A stretch of 64,000 nucleotides of DNA, taken from assembly GCF_044324875.1 (NCBI RefSeq), contig NZ_CP172185.1, one strand, 5' to 3'. The position numbers and the translations under genes were made by a program. Under the pieces are notes generated by a model. The model ran no database searches. It was not told the origin of the DNA and saw only the letters and a list, made by a program, of their open reading frames with translations. Origin of the DNA: Escherichia coli (GTDB taxonomy: Bacteria; Pseudomonadota; Gammaproteobacteria; Enterobacterales; Enterobacteriaceae). Positions 1 through 16,926 of this stretch are shown here, piece after piece; within the stretch, counting starts at the first letter, position 1, and every line of letters begins with the position of its first letter.

Positions 1-512
1 CGACTGTCGTCAGGAACCACAAAGCCGACGCCCGCTTCGGTAAAGTAGCGACCAACAATCTGGCTGGTTTTTGGCACCAGTACGCGGACAATACGCGCTT
101 CACGACGACCTTTACGGTCAGCACCCAGCGGCTGCGCCAGCACCTGATCGCCATGAATGCAGGTTTTCATCTGCTCGCTGGAGAGATACAAATCATCTTT
201 ACGCCCTTCAACCCGCAGAAAGCCGTAGCCATCACGGTGGCCAATAACGGTACCTTTCACCAGGTCGAGGCGTTCCGGCAGCGCATAGCACTGACGACGA
301 GTGAAGACCAGTTGACCATCGCGCTCCATCGCGCGCAAGCGGCGACGCAGGCCTTCAAGCTGCTCTTCGCCTTCAATGTGCAGTTCTACCGCCAGCTCAT
401 CACGGCTGGCCGGTTTTTCACGTTTGGTTAAATGTTCGAGGATAAATTCCCGACTAGGGATGGGATTCGCGTATTTTTCAGCTTCGCGTTCCTGGAAAGG
501 ATCTTGTGACAT
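1..512 (-). CDS. rnr: Ribonuclease R, N-terminal part (gene runs off the window start)
   Basis: Reverse complement from 512 reads ATG TCA CAA GAT CC = MSQDP..., open to the window edge; position downstream of nsrR-purA fits conserved synteny. Confidence 0.85.
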   Translation of the reverse strand, partial: MSQDPFQEREAEKYANPIPSREFILEHLTKREKPASRDELAVELHIEGEEQLEGLRRRLRAMERDGQLVFTRRQCYALPERLDLVKGTVIGHRDGYGFLRVEGRKDDLYLSSEQMKTCIHGDQVLAQPLGADRKGRREARIVRVLVPKTSQIVGRYFTEAGVGFVVPDDS

Positions 513-550
513 CTCGGTTCCTCCGTTGTCATCTCTGATGAAGATTTTCG

Positions 551-976
551 TCACTCCACCAGCAATAATTTATAAAGCGGTTGATTCTCTTCAACCAAAT
601 CGGCAAGCGTGTAGTTATCAAGTTCCGTAAGAAAACTTTGCACGGCCTTAGAAAGCGCCTGTTTCAACCGACAGGCAGGTGTAATGTGGCAAAACTCACT
701 GCTGCAATTCACCAGCGATAAGGGCTCCAGCTCGCGCACCACATCACCAATACGTATCGCACTCGCCGGTTTACCCAGACGAATGCCGCCATTTTTTCCA
801 CGAACAGCAGTCACGTAGCCGGCACGACTAAGTTGATTGATTATTTTGACCATATGATTACGGGAGACGCCGTAGACGTCAGTCACTTCAGAAATACTGG
901 TCATCCGCCCTTCTGGCAATGACGCCATGTAGATCAGCGCACGTAATCCGTAATCAGTGAAACTCGTTAACTGCAC
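551..976 (-). CDS. nsrR: NO-sensing Rrf2-family transcriptional repressor NsrR
   Basis: 141-aa [26 protein letters not shown]... with Rrf2 HTH and Cys residues; synteny. Confidence 0.9.
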
Positions 977-1180
977 ATCAACCTCAAAAGGGAAATCGGG
1001 AAAAAATACATTTATATTGATGATAAACCAGCCACAAGCTGTGTCGCTAATTTATTTCAGTTCGGGGAAGGAAAAAAGCGAGGATTTAACACTGTGTCGG
1101 ATAGCGTAATGGCTTAACCGACACAGCAATGTATCACACTGTTAGCCCGGCAGGCAAAATATCTGCCAGGCGTACCAGAA

Positions 1181-2482
<1,302 letters not shown>

Positions 2483-2582
2483 TCAAAATCACCGTTTGCT
2501 TAAAAATGGATTCTACCATCGCTTTTTCAGAGTTACAGCACTTTTTGCACTCAAAAATGACCTCGATCAGTCTGTTTTTTGT

Positions 2583-2780
2583 TCAGCCAATCGTTTTCCT
2601 CAACATGTAGTAGACCACAACGCCCGCAACCACAAGTCCACCGCCAAAACGACGTAAAATATTATCGGGCAAATTGGTCATCGCAGAGATCATCTTCTTC
2701 CATGCCTTCGGGTAAAGCATCGGCCCTAAACCTTCCAGTACCAAAACCAGGGCAAGCGCCAGCCAGATTGTCGAATTCAT
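2583..2780 (-). CDS. yjeT: Small inner-membrane protein YjeT (DUF2065)
   Basis: 65-aa hydrophobic ORF between hflC and purA. Confidence 0.75.
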   Translation of the reverse strand: MNSTIWLALALVLVLEGLGPMLYPKAWKKMISAMTNLPDNILRRFGGGLVVAGVVVYYMLRKTIG

Positions 2781-2861
2781 TCATTATCCTTATAGAAAAA
2801 GAAAACCACCGACATCCCTGAGGATGCGGTGGCTTTATTGACCTGTACCGCAGTCGTTATA

Positions 2862-3866
2862 TTAACGCGTTGCGGAAGTCGGCGTCTTCATGTAGCGGAA
2901 GAAATCGCTGTCCGGGCTCATGACCATCACGTCCTGATTGCCAGAGAAGCTGTTCTCATAAGCACGCAGGCTACGGATGAATGCGTAGAAGTCCGGATCT
3001 TTACTGAATGCATCAGCAAACAGTTTGGCTGCTTCGGCATCGCCTTCACCACGCATGATGCGGCCCTGACGCTCAGCTTCTGCCAGCGTTCTGGTCACTT
3101 CATAGTCGGCAGTCGCGCGCAGTTTTTCAGCTTCTTCCTGACCTTGTGAACGGTGACGACGCGCTACCGCTTCACGCTCGGCGCGCATACGGTTGTAGAT
3201 CGCTTCAGACACTTCGGTCGGCAGGTTGATCTGCTTGATACGCACATCGACAACTTCAATACCCAGCGCCGCCATACTGTTCGGGTTGATGACCGGAACT
3301 TTGCCCTTCGTCTCAGCCGTTACGCGCTCTGCCGCTTCGGCAATGGCGTTATCTGCCGCCGGGGTAGTAACTTCATCTTCTGTACCCGCAGAACCGGAGT
3401 TCAGCGCGTCACGTACTTCGAGGGTCAGACGACCACGGGAATCAGTGACGATATCTTTCACGTCCAGGCGACCAATTTCAGAACGCAGACGGTCAGAGAA
3501 CTTACGTTTCAACAGCACTTCCGCTTGCGAAATGTCGCCACCGCCCGTTGCCAGGTAGTAACGGCTGAAATCGCTGATGCGCCATTTGATGTAAGAGTCG
3601 ACGATCAGGTCTTTCTTCTCTTTGGTCACAAAGCGGTCGGCCTGGTTGTCCATGGTCTGAATACGTGCGTCGAGCATTTTCACCGTTTCAATGAACGGTA
3701 TCTTGAAATGCAGACCCGGCTCATAAACCAGAGGTTTGTTGTCATCGTCACGCAGTACCTTACCAAAACGCAGCGTAATACCGCGCTCACCTTCTTTGAC
3801 GACAAAGACAGACATGTAAAGCACTACCAGCACGATGATGATAATCGCGATAACTGACTTACGCAT
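2862..3866 (-). CDS. hflC: FtsH modulator HflC
   Basis: 334-aa ORF with N-terminal TM segment and SPFH/band-7 domain; directly downstream of hflK. Confidence 0.95.
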   Translation of the reverse strand: MRKSVIAIIIIVLVVLYMSVFVVKEGERGITLRFGKVLRDDDNKPLVYEPGLHFKIPFIETVKMLDARIQTMDNQADRFVTKEKKDLIVDSYIKWRISDFSRYYLATGGGDISQAEVLLKRKFSDRLRSEIGRLDVKDIVTDSRGRLTLEVRDALNSGSAGTEDEVTTPAADNAIAEAAERVTAETKGKVPVINPNSMAALGIEVVDVRIKQINLPTEVSEAIYNRMRAEREAVARRHRSQGQEEAEKLRATADYEVTRTLAEAERQGRIMRGEGDAEAAKLFADAFSKDPDFYAFIRSLRAYENSFSGNQDVMVMSPDSDFFRYMKTPTSATR

Positions 3867-3868
3867 CG

Positions 3869-5128
3869 TTATTCCCCCTGACGCTGGTAGTCGTTACGCT
3901 GCGCGTTGGCGCGGCGTTGGTCCATAATATCGCCCTGACTGGTGGACGACGTGTTGCTTGCTCCACTGGTTGTGGAGGAAGAGGCTGGCGGCAGACGCAG
4001 CAGATTGCTGGCACCGTTATCGCTCTTCGCCGCAGGGGCGTTACCACCTTTCAGCATCTGGTCTAACGGCAGAACCATCAGGTTGCCACCTTTGTCGTTA
4101 ACCAGCACTTTGCGGGTGTTACCCAACACTTTTTCCATCGTCTCGATATACAGACGCTCGCGAGTAATTTCCGGCGCAGCTTTATATTCCGGCAGAAGTT
4201 TAGCAAAGCGCGCCACTTCACCCTGAGCTTCCAGGATGGTCTGGGCCTTGTACGCACGTGCCTCTTCGAGGATACGTTGCGCCTGACCGTTCGCACGCGG
4301 CTGAACTTCGTTGGTATACGCTTCTGCTTCACGAATGTATTGCTGTTCGTTTTCACGCGCGGCAATCGCATCGTCAAACGCCGCTTTTACTTCTTCTGGC
4401 GGACGAGCTGCCTGGAAGTTGACGTCCAGCAGAGTGATGCCCATGTCATACGGACGAATCGTCTCTTCCAGTTCGCGCTGAGTATCGCTACGAATCACGG
4501 TACGACCTTCCGTCAGAATGCGGTCCATGGTGTATTTACCGATAACCCCGCGCAGGGCGCTGTCGGTAGCCTGACGCAGGCTGTCATCCGGGCTGGTCAC
4601 GCTATACAGATATTTTTCCGGATCGGTGACGCGGTACTGCACGTTCATCTCAACGCGCACTACGTTCTCGTCCGACGTCAGCATCACACCAGAAGCTGCC
4701 AGTTCACGCACGGCTTCCACGTTCACTGGTTTGACTTCGTCAATAAACGTCGGTTTCCAGTTCAAACCCGGCTCAACCAGATGGCTGAATTTACCAAAGC
4801 GTGTTACCACGCCGCGTTCGGCTTCTTTAATGGTATAGAAACCACTGGCCGCCCAGATAATGACAATCGCTGCCGCTGCGATGGTAACGACGCGACCGCC
4901 AAGCTGCGGGCGCGGGCCTTGCGATGAACTGCCACCGCCAGATCCGGTGCCTTTACCGCCGCCCAGACCACCGAGCTTTTTGCTCAGCTTGCGGAAGATA
5001 TCATCTAAATCAGGTGGCCCTTGATCGCGACCGCCTTTGTTTCCATTTCCCTCAGAGTTGCCGCCAGGTTTGCTGCTTCCCCACGGGTCGCGGTCTTGTC
5101 CGTTATTACCGGGCTGATTCCACGCCAT
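3869..5128 (-). CDS. hflK: FtsH modulator HflK
   Basis: 419-aa ORF with Gly-rich N-terminus and SPFH domain; hflX-hflK-hflC order. Confidence 0.95.
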   Translation of the reverse strand: MAWNQPGNNGQDRDPWGSSKPGGNSEGNGNKGGRDQGPPDLDDIFRKLSKKLGGLGGGKGTGSGGGSSSQGPRPQLGGRVVTIAAAAIVIIWAASGFYTIKEAERGVVTRFGKFSHLVEPGLNWKPTFIDEVKPVNVEAVRELAASGVMLTSDENVVRVEMNVQYRVTDPEKYLYSVTSPDDSLRQATDSALRGVIGKYTMDRILTEGRTVIRSDTQRELEETIRPYDMGITLLDVNFQAARPPEEVKAAFDDAIAARENEQQYIREAEAYTNEVQPRANGQAQRILEEARAYKAQTILEAQGEVARFAKLLPEYKAAPEITRERLYIETMEKVLGNTRKVLVNDKGGNLMVLPLDQMLKGGNAPAAKSDNGASNLLRLPPASSSTTSGASNTSSTSQGDIMDQRRANAQRNDYQRQGE

Positions 5129-5213
5129 GTTTGTGCTCCATATTTGTTATGCGGTGATCCCTGTTGTCTTTCGACGCCAGAGGATATGACTCCACGCTTC
5201 AGACGCTACGCCG

Positions 5214-6494
5214 TTAGATCAGGTAATCGATCAACGCCGGTTCTTGTTTACAGAGGCGACGCCAGTCAACGATCGGCATACGAACTTGCAGACTTACGCT
5301 GCCGTCCTCCTCCATCCACTCTTTTTCTATTGCCTGAAGCTGATAAAAACGACTTCTCAGACGCCCTTCCTGCGGTGGCAGACGCAATGTATGCTGCGCC
5401 ACCTCGCCGGAAAGCCGCTCCGTCAAAGCCTGAAAAAGCTGTGGTATCCCCGCTCCGGTCTGTGCGGAAAGCCAGACACGGATCGGTTTGTTCTCTTCGT
5501 CCCGATCAATACGCGGTTCGAAATCTTCCAGCATATCGATCTTGTTCATCACCAGCAGGGTTGGGATCTCGTGAGCGTCGATCTCTTCAAGAACCGTATT
5601 CACCGCTTCGATGTTTTCTTGTACACGTACATCCGCCGCATCAATGACGTGCAGCAGCAATGTGGCTTGCCGCGTCTCTTGTAACGTGGCTTTAAATGCC
5701 GCCACCAGATCGTGCGGCAGGTGGCGAATAAACCCTACGGTATCTGCCAACACGGTTTCACCGACATCCGCGACGTCAATACGCCGCAACGTCGGGTCGA
5801 GGGTGGCAAACAACTGGTCTGCCGCGTAGACCCGCGCTTCGGTGATGCGATTGAAAAGGGTAGATTTACCGGCGTTGGTATATCCCACCAGCGAAACAGT
5901 AGGAACGTCGGCTTTGATACGCGATTGCCGCCCCTGCTCACGCTGCTTTTCAACTCTTTCCAGGCGCGACTGTATCTGCACGATGCGATTACGCAACAAA
6001 CGACGGTCGGTTTCGAGCTGGGTTTCACCCGGACCACGCAAACCTATCCCGCCTTTCTGTCTTTCAAGGTGGGTCCAGCCACGCACCAGGCGCGTAGCCA
6101 GATGGCGCAGCTGCGCCAGCTCAACCTGCAACTTACCCTCATGGGTACGCGCACGTTGGGCGAAAATATCTAAAATAAGGCCGGTGCGGTCGATAACACG
6201 ACACTCGCACAAACGCTCCAGGTTACGCTCTTGCGCCGGGCTCAGGGCATGGTCAAAAAGAACGACCGAAGCACCCGTCGCTTTGACAGCTTCCGCAATT
6301 TCAACTGCTTTACCTTCACCTACAAAATACTTTGGGTGCGGCGCTTTACGGCTACCGGTAATCACCTGCAATGCTTCGACACCGGCGGAAGAGACCAGAG
6401 ATTCAAACTCCTGGAGGTCTTCCATATCTTTGTCTTGCGTAAAATAGATGTGTACCAGTACCGCCTGCTCACCAGCATCATAACGGTCAAACAA
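5214..6494 (-). CDS. hflX: Ribosome-associated GTPase HflX
   Basis: 426-aa ORF with G1 motif GYTNAGKST and G3 DTVGF. Confidence 0.95.
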   Translation of the reverse strand: MFDRYDAGEQAVLVHIYFTQDKDMEDLQEFESLVSSAGVEALQVITGSRKAPHPKYFVGEGKAVEIAEAVKATGASVVLFDHALSPAQERNLERLCECRVIDRTGLILDIFAQRARTHEGKLQVELAQLRHLATRLVRGWTHLERQKGGIGLRGPGETQLETDRRLLRNRIVQIQSRLERVEKQREQGRQSRIKADVPTVSLVGYTNAGKSTLFNRITEARVYAADQLFATLDPTLRRIDVADVGETVLADTVGFIRHLPHDLVAAFKATLQETRQATLLLHVIDAADVRVQENIEAVNTVLEEIDAHEIPTLLVMNKIDMLEDFEPRIDRDEENKPIRVWLSAQTGAGIPQLFQALTERLSGEVAQHTLRLPPQEGRLRSRFYQLQAIEKEWMEEDGSVSLQVRMPIVDWRRLCKQEPALIDYLI

Positions 6495-6550
6495 GCGTAT
6501 AACCCTCTAAATAGATCAGCGGGGAACGCAGGATCGCTGGCTCCCCGTGT

Positions 6551-6890
<340 letters not shown>

Positions 6891-6963
6891 TTATATGCTT
6901 ATTTGTACTTTGAACCTTTCGATTCTGAAAAAATTGCGCACGATACGTCTCAATTGTACACAT

Positions 6964-7914
6964 TCAGCCTGCGATAGCACCAACAACCTGTAATACTTCG
7001 TCACGCGCTTGTTCTGGTTTTTCACTGTCAAGCCAGTGAACCCCTTCCCAACCACGCAGCCAGGTTATCTGCCGCTTCGCCAACTGTCTCGTGGCGCAAA
7101 CACCTCGATAAACCATTTCATCGTATGAGATTTCGCCTTCAAGGTAAGACCACATCTGGCGATAACCCACGCAACGAATGGAAGGCAAGTCCGTATGCAA
7201 ATCTCCTCGGGCAAAAAGCGCCCGGACTTCTGCTTCAAAACCTGAAGCCAACATCTGATGAAAACGCTGCTCAATTCGTTGATGGAGCAGTTCACGGCTC
7301 GCCGGGGCGATGGCGAACTGATGCACCTGATACGGTAGAGCGTCTCCTGACGTTTGCGTCAGTTCCGTTAAAGTTTTACCCGAAATGAAAAAAACTTCCA
7401 GTGCCCGGGAAAGCCTTTGTGGATCATTTGGATGAATCCTTGCTGCCGCAACCGGATCGATCTCCTGAAGTTGACGATGCAATGACTCCCAACCTTGCTC
7501 TGCCGCCTGTTGCTCAATTCTGGCCCGCACTTCCGGGTCTGCCGACGGTAGCGGCGACAACCCTTCCAGCAATGCCTTGAAATACAACATCGTACCGCCC
7601 ACTAACAGTGGGATCCGCCCCGCCGCGGTGATATCGGCCATTTCCGCCAGCGCATCGCGGCGAAAATCAGCAGCCGAGTAAGCCTGCGACGGATCGCGAA
7701 TATCCAGCAATCGGTGCGGCGCGGCGAGTAACTCTTCAGCGTTCGGCTTCGCCGTCCCGATATCCATCCCTTTGTAAATAAGGGCAGAATCAACGCTTAT
7801 CAACTCTACTGGTAAAATTTTACGCAGCTCAATGGCTAACGCCGTTTTACCGGAGGCCGTCGGCCCCATCAAAAAAATCGCCTTAGGCAGGCTCGCCTTA
7901 CTGATATCACTCAT
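6964..7914 (-). CDS. miaA: tRNA dimethylallyltransferase
   Basis: 316-aa ORF with P-loop GPTASGKT; overlaps mutL 3' end by 8 bp. Confidence 0.95.
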
Positions 7915-9757
7915 CTTTCAGGGCTTTTATCGCCGGATGTAAATCAACAGATTGTAACAGACCACCCGGCGGCGTTTTCACAAGTTGCGGACATAACCGT
8001 TCCACGTCCGCCAGCAGGGTTATGGCCTGCGCCATTGACCACTGCGCATGTTCGCTCATCAGATTTCGTGCAATCCACTGCGCAATATTGCCAGGTTCGA
8101 ATACGGACTGCTTCGCCAGGTAGCCTATCAGTTCAGGAATCAAGATTTGTAAATTTTGTTGGCGTAAGGGTAAAGGCACGGCCCTGATGGTCACATGCTG
8201 CGCATCGGACTGGAAATCAATACCCAATTCCGCCAGGGCAGACTGCGCTTTTTCTAATGCCGATTTTTCTTCGCCAGAAACTTTTAGCCGCAGCGGAATC
8301 AGCAACGGCTGGGCGCAAACTGGCGCTTCACCCGGCGTCAGTTGCGCCTGACGCAGCCAACGTTCTGCCACTGACAAGGCTAAAAGTGAAATGTTGCCGT
8401 CGCGCTCCAGCAACGCACAGTCGGAATGGACGATAGTCAGTACCCGACCAAAACTCTGACTGTTCGCCGCAAGTGCAGATTCCTGCGGTTCTGGCGCTTT
8501 TGGTTTTTGCATCGGCGCGGGCGTTTGCAAAAGCTGGCGATACACTTCACCTTGCTGTTTCTGGTAGCCTGGCTGCGCATTCGGCCAGGGGGCAGCCGGA
8601 CGACTGCCTGAGGCGGGCGCAGGAGAGTAGCGCGGAGCTACCGGCTCACGAGCTGCCGGTTCAGCAAAATGATTGCGCCCCGCCGCCACGCGGTTTTCCG
8701 GGATGGCGCGCGGTGCAGGTTGTGGTTCATCGTCCAGCGGCAGCGGCGTTTCCAGTTGCTGTTGTAGCACGCTCAGCACGCCCTGATAGATAAAATCATG
8801 CACCAGACGCGACTGATGGAAACGCACTTCGTGTTTGGCAGGGTGCACGTTGACGTCCACCTGATGTGGGTCGATCTCCAGATACAGCACAAATGCCGGT
8901 TGCTGATCGGCCCCCAGTTTGTCTTCACAGGCCTGGCGGATCGCGTGATTGATCAGGCGATCGCGCATCATGCGACCATTCACATAGCAATACTGAATTT
9001 CCGCCAGTGCGGGCGTGGTGTGATTCGGATCTGCCACCCAGCCGCGCAGCGTAAGATCGCCGTGTTGCCATTCAATCGCCAGCGCTTGTTCGAGAAAAGC
9101 GGTACCGCAAATCGCGCCTAAGCGCCGTTCTTTTTGCCCGCCTTCCGGCACTGCGCGGTACTGACGCACAATTTTACCGTTATGCGACAGGTTGATCGTG
9201 ACGTCGAAACGCGCCAGCGCAATGCGGCGGATGATCTCATCAATGTGGTTAAATTCGGTTTTCTCGGTGCGCAGGAATTTGCGCCGCGCCGGGGTGTTGT
9301 AGAACAGATCCAGCACCTCCAGCGTCGTTCCCACAGGATGCGCCGCCGGTTTTACCGTCACGTCCATATCGCGCCCTTCGGCATAGGCCTGCCAGGCTTC
9401 CTGCTGTTCTGCGGTACGTGAAGTGAGCGTCAGGCGGGAAACCGAACTGATACTCGCCAGCGCCTCACCGCGAAAGCCCAGGCTGATAATGGCTTCGAGA
9501 TCGTCCAGAGAGGCGATTTTACTGGTGGCATGACGAGCCAGCGCCAGCGCCAGCTCATCTTTTTTGATACCGCAGCCGTTATCACGAATGCGGATAAGTT
9601 TCGCCCCACCGCGTTCGATATCAATATCGATACGCGTCGCACCTGCATCGAGGCTGTTTTCCACCAGTTCTTTGACTACCGACGCAGGTCGCTCGACCAC
9701 CTCACCTGCGGCAATCTGGTTCGCCAGTTGTGGCGGTAAGACCTGAATTGGCATCAA
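7907..9757 (-). CDS. mutL: DNA mismatch repair protein MutL
   Basis: 616-aa [42 protein letters not shown]... (GHKL ATPase N-terminus). Confidence 0.95.
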
Positions 9758-9763
9758 TAATCC

Positions 9764-11101
9764 TTAGTTTGGCAGCGTGCGATCTGGCGTCGTCACCGTA
9801 CTGGCCGTTTGTGCCGCTGCACCCTGCGGCGCAGATTGCATCGGATGCGCAAGGAAATAATTGCGCAGGCCTTTGTAAATGGCTTCTGCCAGCTGTTGTT
9901 GGTAATCGTCGCTCGCCAGCAAACGTTCTTCGCTGTTGTTGCTGATAAAACCGGTTTCGACCAGTACTGATGGGATATCCGGCGAACGCAGAACGCCAAG
10001 GCTGGCGTGTTCTGGTCGACGTTTATGTATTTCGCCAATGCGTTGCAACTGGCTGATCATACTGGTCGCTACATCATACCCTACACGCTGGGAATGACCG
10101 AACTGTAAATCCAGCACCGCCTGGCTTAAATAGGGGTCAGACTGACTGTTCGCCAGCACATCGCCCGCTCCGCCCAATAGCTCCGACTGTTTCTCATGCT
10201 GTTCCAGCCAGCTTGCCATCTCGCTGTTTGCACGACGGTTAGAGAGCACCCATACGGAAGCGCCAGTCGCACTGCGGTTTGGTGCGGCATCAGCGTGAAT
10301 CGACACGAGGAAATTGGCGTTTTGCTTACGTGCCACATCGCTGCGCCCCATCACCGAAATAAAGTAATCCCCATCACGAGTTAAAACGCCTTTAAACATC
10401 GGATCGTCATTGAGCAAGGTACGTAATTTACGCGCAATGGCGATGGTGACATTTTTCTCCCGCGTACCGCCGGGGCCGATAGCGCCAGGATCCTGACCGC
10501 CGTGTCCGGCATCAATAGCGATGATAATTTTATCGCCAGTGTTAGCCGTCGCGCGCGCTGCCGGACGCGTTACCGTATTACTGCTGATAACCCCCGTAGT
10601 GCGGTTACTTTCGGTTTTAAACGGATTGCGCGCCGGTTCGCTGACGCGCGGTGCGACAACCGCAGGTGTTTCAACGCGTTTCGCAACCACGGGCGGCGGA
10701 GGAGGCGGTGGCGGCGCATCGGCGTTAATCGTAAAGACGACAGTGTAATTGCTGCCATTCTGCCGCTTCACCGCTTCGGTTTTACCATTTTCGGTAAGAT
10801 CGACCACCAGCCGTAGCGTTTGTGCATCTTTAGGCGTTCCAGAGCGAATCGCCTTCACCAGATTATTGCCGCTGAACAACAACGGCAGTCCCTGAATCAC
10901 GCCCGTTTGTTTGATATCGAGCGCCACGGTGCGTTTGCTTTGATGGCTAAACGCATAATCAGGATCGCCAATAAAACTCAACGTTATCCGCGCCTGTTGG
11001 TTGCCGTTAGAAACCTGAATATCAGAGAGCGTCGCGGCACCCACCTGCGCGCACAGCAGCAGCAACGTCGCTACCAACCAATTTCTGATGCGATACATCA
11101 T
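9764..11101 (-). CDS. amiB: N-acetylmuramoyl-L-alanine amidase AmiB
   Basis: ORF with signal peptide [22 protein letters not shown] and amidase_3 domain; start set at MMYRIRN (445 aa), not the upstream in-frame Met. Confidence 0.9.
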   Translation of the reverse strand: MMYRIRNWLVATLLLLCAQVGAATLSDIQVSNGNQQARITLSFIGDPDYAFSHQSKRTVALDIKQTGVIQGLPLLFSGNNLVKAIRSGTPKDAQTLRLVVDLTENGKTEAVKRQNGSNYTVVFTINADAPPPPPPPPVVAKRVETPAVVAPRVSEPARNPFKTESNRTTGVISSNTVTRPAARATANTGDKIIIAIDAGHGGQDPGAIGPGGTREKNVTIAIARKLRTLLNDDPMFKGVLTRDGDYFISVMGRSDVARKQNANFLVSIHADAAPNRSATGASVWVLSNRRANSEMASWLEQHEKQSELLGGAGDVLANSQSDPYLSQAVLDLQFGHSQRVGYDVATSMISQLQRIGEIHKRRPEHASLGVLRSPDIPSVLVETGFISNNSEERLLASDDYQQQLAEAIYKGLRNYFLAHPMQSAPQGAAAQTASTVTTPDRTLPN

Positions 11102-11119
11102 CCCGCCACCTTTCAAAGG

Positions 11120-13098
<1,979 letters not shown>

Positions 13099-13100
<2 letters not shown>

Positions 13101-14238
13101 GTCAGAGCCCCTCGATCTCAATCAGTTAGCGCAAAAAATTAAACAGTGGGGGCTGGAACTGGGCTTTCAGCAGGTAGGTATTACCGATACCGATCTCAGC
13201 GAGTCCGAGCCCAAACTGCAAGCATGGCTGGACAAACAATACCACGGAGAAATGGACTGGATGGCGCGTCACGGTATGCTGCGCGCTCGCCCCCATGAGT
13301 TATTGCCCGGTACGCTGCGCGTGATCAGCGTGCGGATGAATTACCTTCCTGCTAACGCCGCATTTGCCAGCACGCTGAAAAACCCTAAGCTCGGCTATGT
13401 GAGCCGTTATGCGCTGGGCCGTGACTATCACAAACTTCTGCGCAACCGACTCAAAAAGCTGGGCGAGATGATTCAGCAACATTGTGTTTCGCTGAATTTT
13501 AGACCGTTTGTCGATTCTGCGCCTATTCTCGAGCGCCCGTTAGCTGAAAAAGCTGGGCTCGGCTGGACAGGTAAGCACTCACTTATCCTCAATCGCGAGG
13601 CCGGTTCATTCTTCTTTTTAGGCGAATTGCTGGTCGATATTCCGCTGCCCGTGGATCAACCAGTCGAGGAAGGATGCGGTAAATGCGTGGCCTGTATGAC
13701 GATTTGCCCGACCGGAGCCATCGTCGAGCCATATACCGTCGATGCTCGCCGCTGTATCTCTTATCTCACCATCGAACTGGAGGGGGCGATCCCGGAAGAG
13801 TTGCGACCGTTAATGGGAAACCGTATTTACGGTTGCGATGACTGCCAGCTTATCTGCCCGTGGAATCGCTATTCGCAACTCACTACAGAAGACGATTTCA
13901 GCCCGCGTAAGCCGCTACACGCACCGGAACTCATTGAGTTATTCGCCTGGAGTGAAGAGAAGTTTTTAAAAGTCACGGAAGGTTCGGCGATTCGCCGTAT
14001 AGGTCACCTGCGTTGGCTGCGTAATATCGCCGTAGCATTAGGCAATGCCCCCTGGGATGAAACGATTTTGACAGCGCTGGAAAGTCGTAAAGGTGAGCAC
14101 CCACTTCTCGATGAGCACATAGCGTGGGCGATTGCGCAGCAAATCGAGAGGCGAAATGCGTGCGTGGTCGAAGTGCAATTACCGAAAAAACAGCGTCTGG
14201 TTCGGGTGATTGAAAAAGGGTTACCGCGTGACGCCTGA
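13099..14238 (+). CDS. queG: Epoxyqueuosine reductase QueG
   Basis: ORF with 4Fe-4S Cys cluster motifs (CGKCVACMTICP, CDDCQLICPWN); start at ATG 13099 (MSEPLDLNQ...). Confidence 0.9.
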
Positions 14239-14507
14239 TTCATCCACAGCTTGTGAATAAAAATAAAAACACATTGCAATTCAAGACGAATAAAATCGTC
14301 AAGTGATCGACTCGACAAAACGGAATCTTAATTTTCAACCTATATATCAATAAGTTAAAAAAATACTATTCACCGTGCGAAGTTTCTTTGAAATTAAGAT
14401 TACGGCCTGAGGCTGTGGATAACTCTGTTTACAAGAGTTTGTCAGAGACAACAAAAACCAGCAATAACGCATTGCGTCGCTGTGGATATTTTATTGAGAG
14501 AAGAATT

Positions 14508-14583
<76 letters not shown>

Positions 14584-14618
14584 TTGGGTGGTCTGTGCTT
14601 TACAGCACTTTCAAATTT

Positions 14619-14694
<76 letters not shown>

Positions 14695-14851
14695 TTAATC
14701 TTCGTCTTTCGAACCGCTACTGCCTTGGCTGCCTTCACTCACCTTAGTCACTTACTTTTGTAAGCTCCCAAGGATTCGTTCAGTTGCCGCCTTGTCGCAA
14801 TTCGAAATACTGCGATTGGGTGGTCTGTGCTTTGCAGCACTTTTCAAATTT

Positions 14852-14927
<76 letters not shown>

Positions 14928-14976
14928 GTACTACTTAATTTTGCTTTCGTAATTTTCGCATTTCTGCGTCGTTACG

Positions 14977-15030
14977 GGAGGCGCATTATACGAGAAATCT
15001 TTCCCTCTGCAACCCCCCTAAAAAATTTTT
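14977..15030 (-). promoter_or_regulatory. Putative sigma70 promoter of the tRNA-Gly cluster with GC-rich discriminator
   Basis: Minus strand reads TTGCAG (15007-15012), 16-nt spacer, TATAAT (14985-14990), then GCGCCTCCC; A/T-rich tract upstream (15018-15040). Confidence 0.5.
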
Positions 15031-15137
15031 TTTGAGTTTTTATCTCAAATGCTGAAATTATCAGCAAGACGTTCAATTTAGCGTCAAAATCACGCCGCCG
15101 CAAGTGGATTCCGGCGCTTACGTGACCAGGAAAAATT

Positions 15138-15683
15138 TTACAGCTTGATAAAATGCTCGCGATAGTAAGCCAGTTCTGCCACCGACTCACGGATATCATC
15201 CATCGCCTGATGCGTCCCCTGCTTGGTAAAACCATCAAGAATTTCCGGCTTCCAGCGGCGCGCCAGCTCTTTCAGCGTGCTGACATCGAGATAACGGTAG
15301 TGGAAGTAGGCTTCCAGCTCCGGCATGTATTTAAACAGGAAGCGACGATCCTGGCCGATGCTGTTACCGCAAATCGGCGATTTTCCCGCAGGCACCCACT
15401 GTTTTAAGAATTCGAGCGTTGCCAGTTCAGCTTCACGATCGCCCATTGTGCTCGCTTTCACGCGCTCCACCAGCCCGCTGGCGGTATGGGTGCGCACGTT
15501 CCAGTCATCCATCAGCGCCAGCTGTTCATCAGACTGGTGTACTGCAATGGTCGGCCCTTCTGCCAGAATATTCAGGTTGGCATCGGTCACCAGCGTGGCA
15601 ATCTCAATAATGCGATCGCGCTCGGGATCCAGACCGGTCATCTCAAGATCGATCCAAATCAGGTTGTTTTCATTGGCACTCAT
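15138..15683 (-). CDS. orn: Oligoribonuclease
   Basis: 181-aa reading [27 protein letters not shown]... (DEDDh exonuclease); start at ATG 15683, not the longer in-frame extension. Confidence 0.92.
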
Positions 15684-15777
15684 GCTATTTTCCACCCATT
15701 CACAGTGACTATATTGATCCACAATTGCGTGTATCATAGATGTTTTGCCCATCAGGGGCGACCAGGAGTCTGTACGA

Positions 15778-16830
15778 TTGAGTAAAAATAAACTCTCCAA
15801 AGGCCAGCAGCGCCGCGTGAACGCCAATCACCAGCGTCGTCTTAAAACGTCTAAGGAGAAGCCCGACTACGACGACAATCTGTTTGACGAGCCTGATGAA
15901 GGTATCGTCATCAGCCGCTTTGGTATGCACGCTGATGTGGAATCCGCCGATGGCGACGTTCACCGCTGCAATATTCGCCGTACCATCCGTTCACTGGTGA
16001 CCGGCGACCGCGTAGTCTGGCGTCCGGGTAAACCGGCGGCGGAAGGCGTAAATGTCAAAGGGATCGTGGAAGCGGTGCATGAGCGCACCTCGGTGTTGAC
16101 GCGTCCGGATTTCTACGACGGCGTGAAACCTATTGCCGCCAACATCGACCAGATTGTCATTGTCTCCGCCATTTTGCCGGAGCTGTCGCTCAATATTATC
16201 GACCGTTACCTGGTGGCCTGCGAAACCTTGCAGATTGAGCCGATTATTGTGCTCAACAAGATAGACCTGCTGGACGACGAAGGTATGGAGTTCGTCAACG
16301 AGCAGATGGATATCTACCGCAATATCGGTTATCGCGTATTGATGGTTTCCAGCCATACTCAGGATGGGCTGAAACCGCTGGAAGAGGCGTTGACCGGGCG
16401 CATCAGCATTTTTGCCGGGCAGTCTGGCGTCGGTAAATCCAGCCTGCTGAACGCGTTGCTGGGGCTGCAAAAAGAGATCCTGACCAACGATGTCTCTGAC
16501 AACTCGGGTCTCGGTCAGCACACCACGACCGCCGCTCGGCTGTATCACTTCCCGCACGGCGGTGATGTGATTGACTCCCCAGGAGTGCGTGAGTTCGGCC
16601 TCTGGCACCTGGAGCCGGAACAAATCACTCAGGGCTTTGTCGAATTCCATGACTACTTAGGTCTGTGTAAATATCGCGATTGCAAACACGATACCGATCC
16701 GGGCTGCGCTATCCGGGAAGCGGTTGAGGAAGGAAAAATCGCGGAAACCCGTTTCGAAAACTATCACCGTATTCTGGAAAGCATGGCGCAGGTAAAAACG
16801 CGTAAAAACTTTTCTGATACGGATGACTGA
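15778..16830 (+). CDS. rsgA: Ribosome small-subunit biogenesis GTPase RsgA
   Basis: ORF with G motifs ([14 protein letters not shown]) and C-terminal zinc-finger Cys/His; start placed at TTG 15778 for a 350-aa product. Confidence 0.9.
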
Positions 16831-16926
16831 CAATTAAGCTAACCGTCGTTAGAATCGTCCCCTTTTTTTCAGGATCCGGCATGTAGGCCGGATCAGGAAC
16901 GACAAAACAATGGCCTGGAGGCTACC

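Noticed and set aside
9764-11116. Longer in-frame starts for amiB, nnr, queG, orn, yjeM, epmA, frdB, frdD, gdx, yjeI, yjeH, aspA and dsbD as given by the ORF track
   Set aside because: In each case an internal ATG/GTG/TTG yields the canonical N-terminus (signal peptide or conserved first residues) and the known protein length; the upstream extensions overlap neighbouring genes or terminators.
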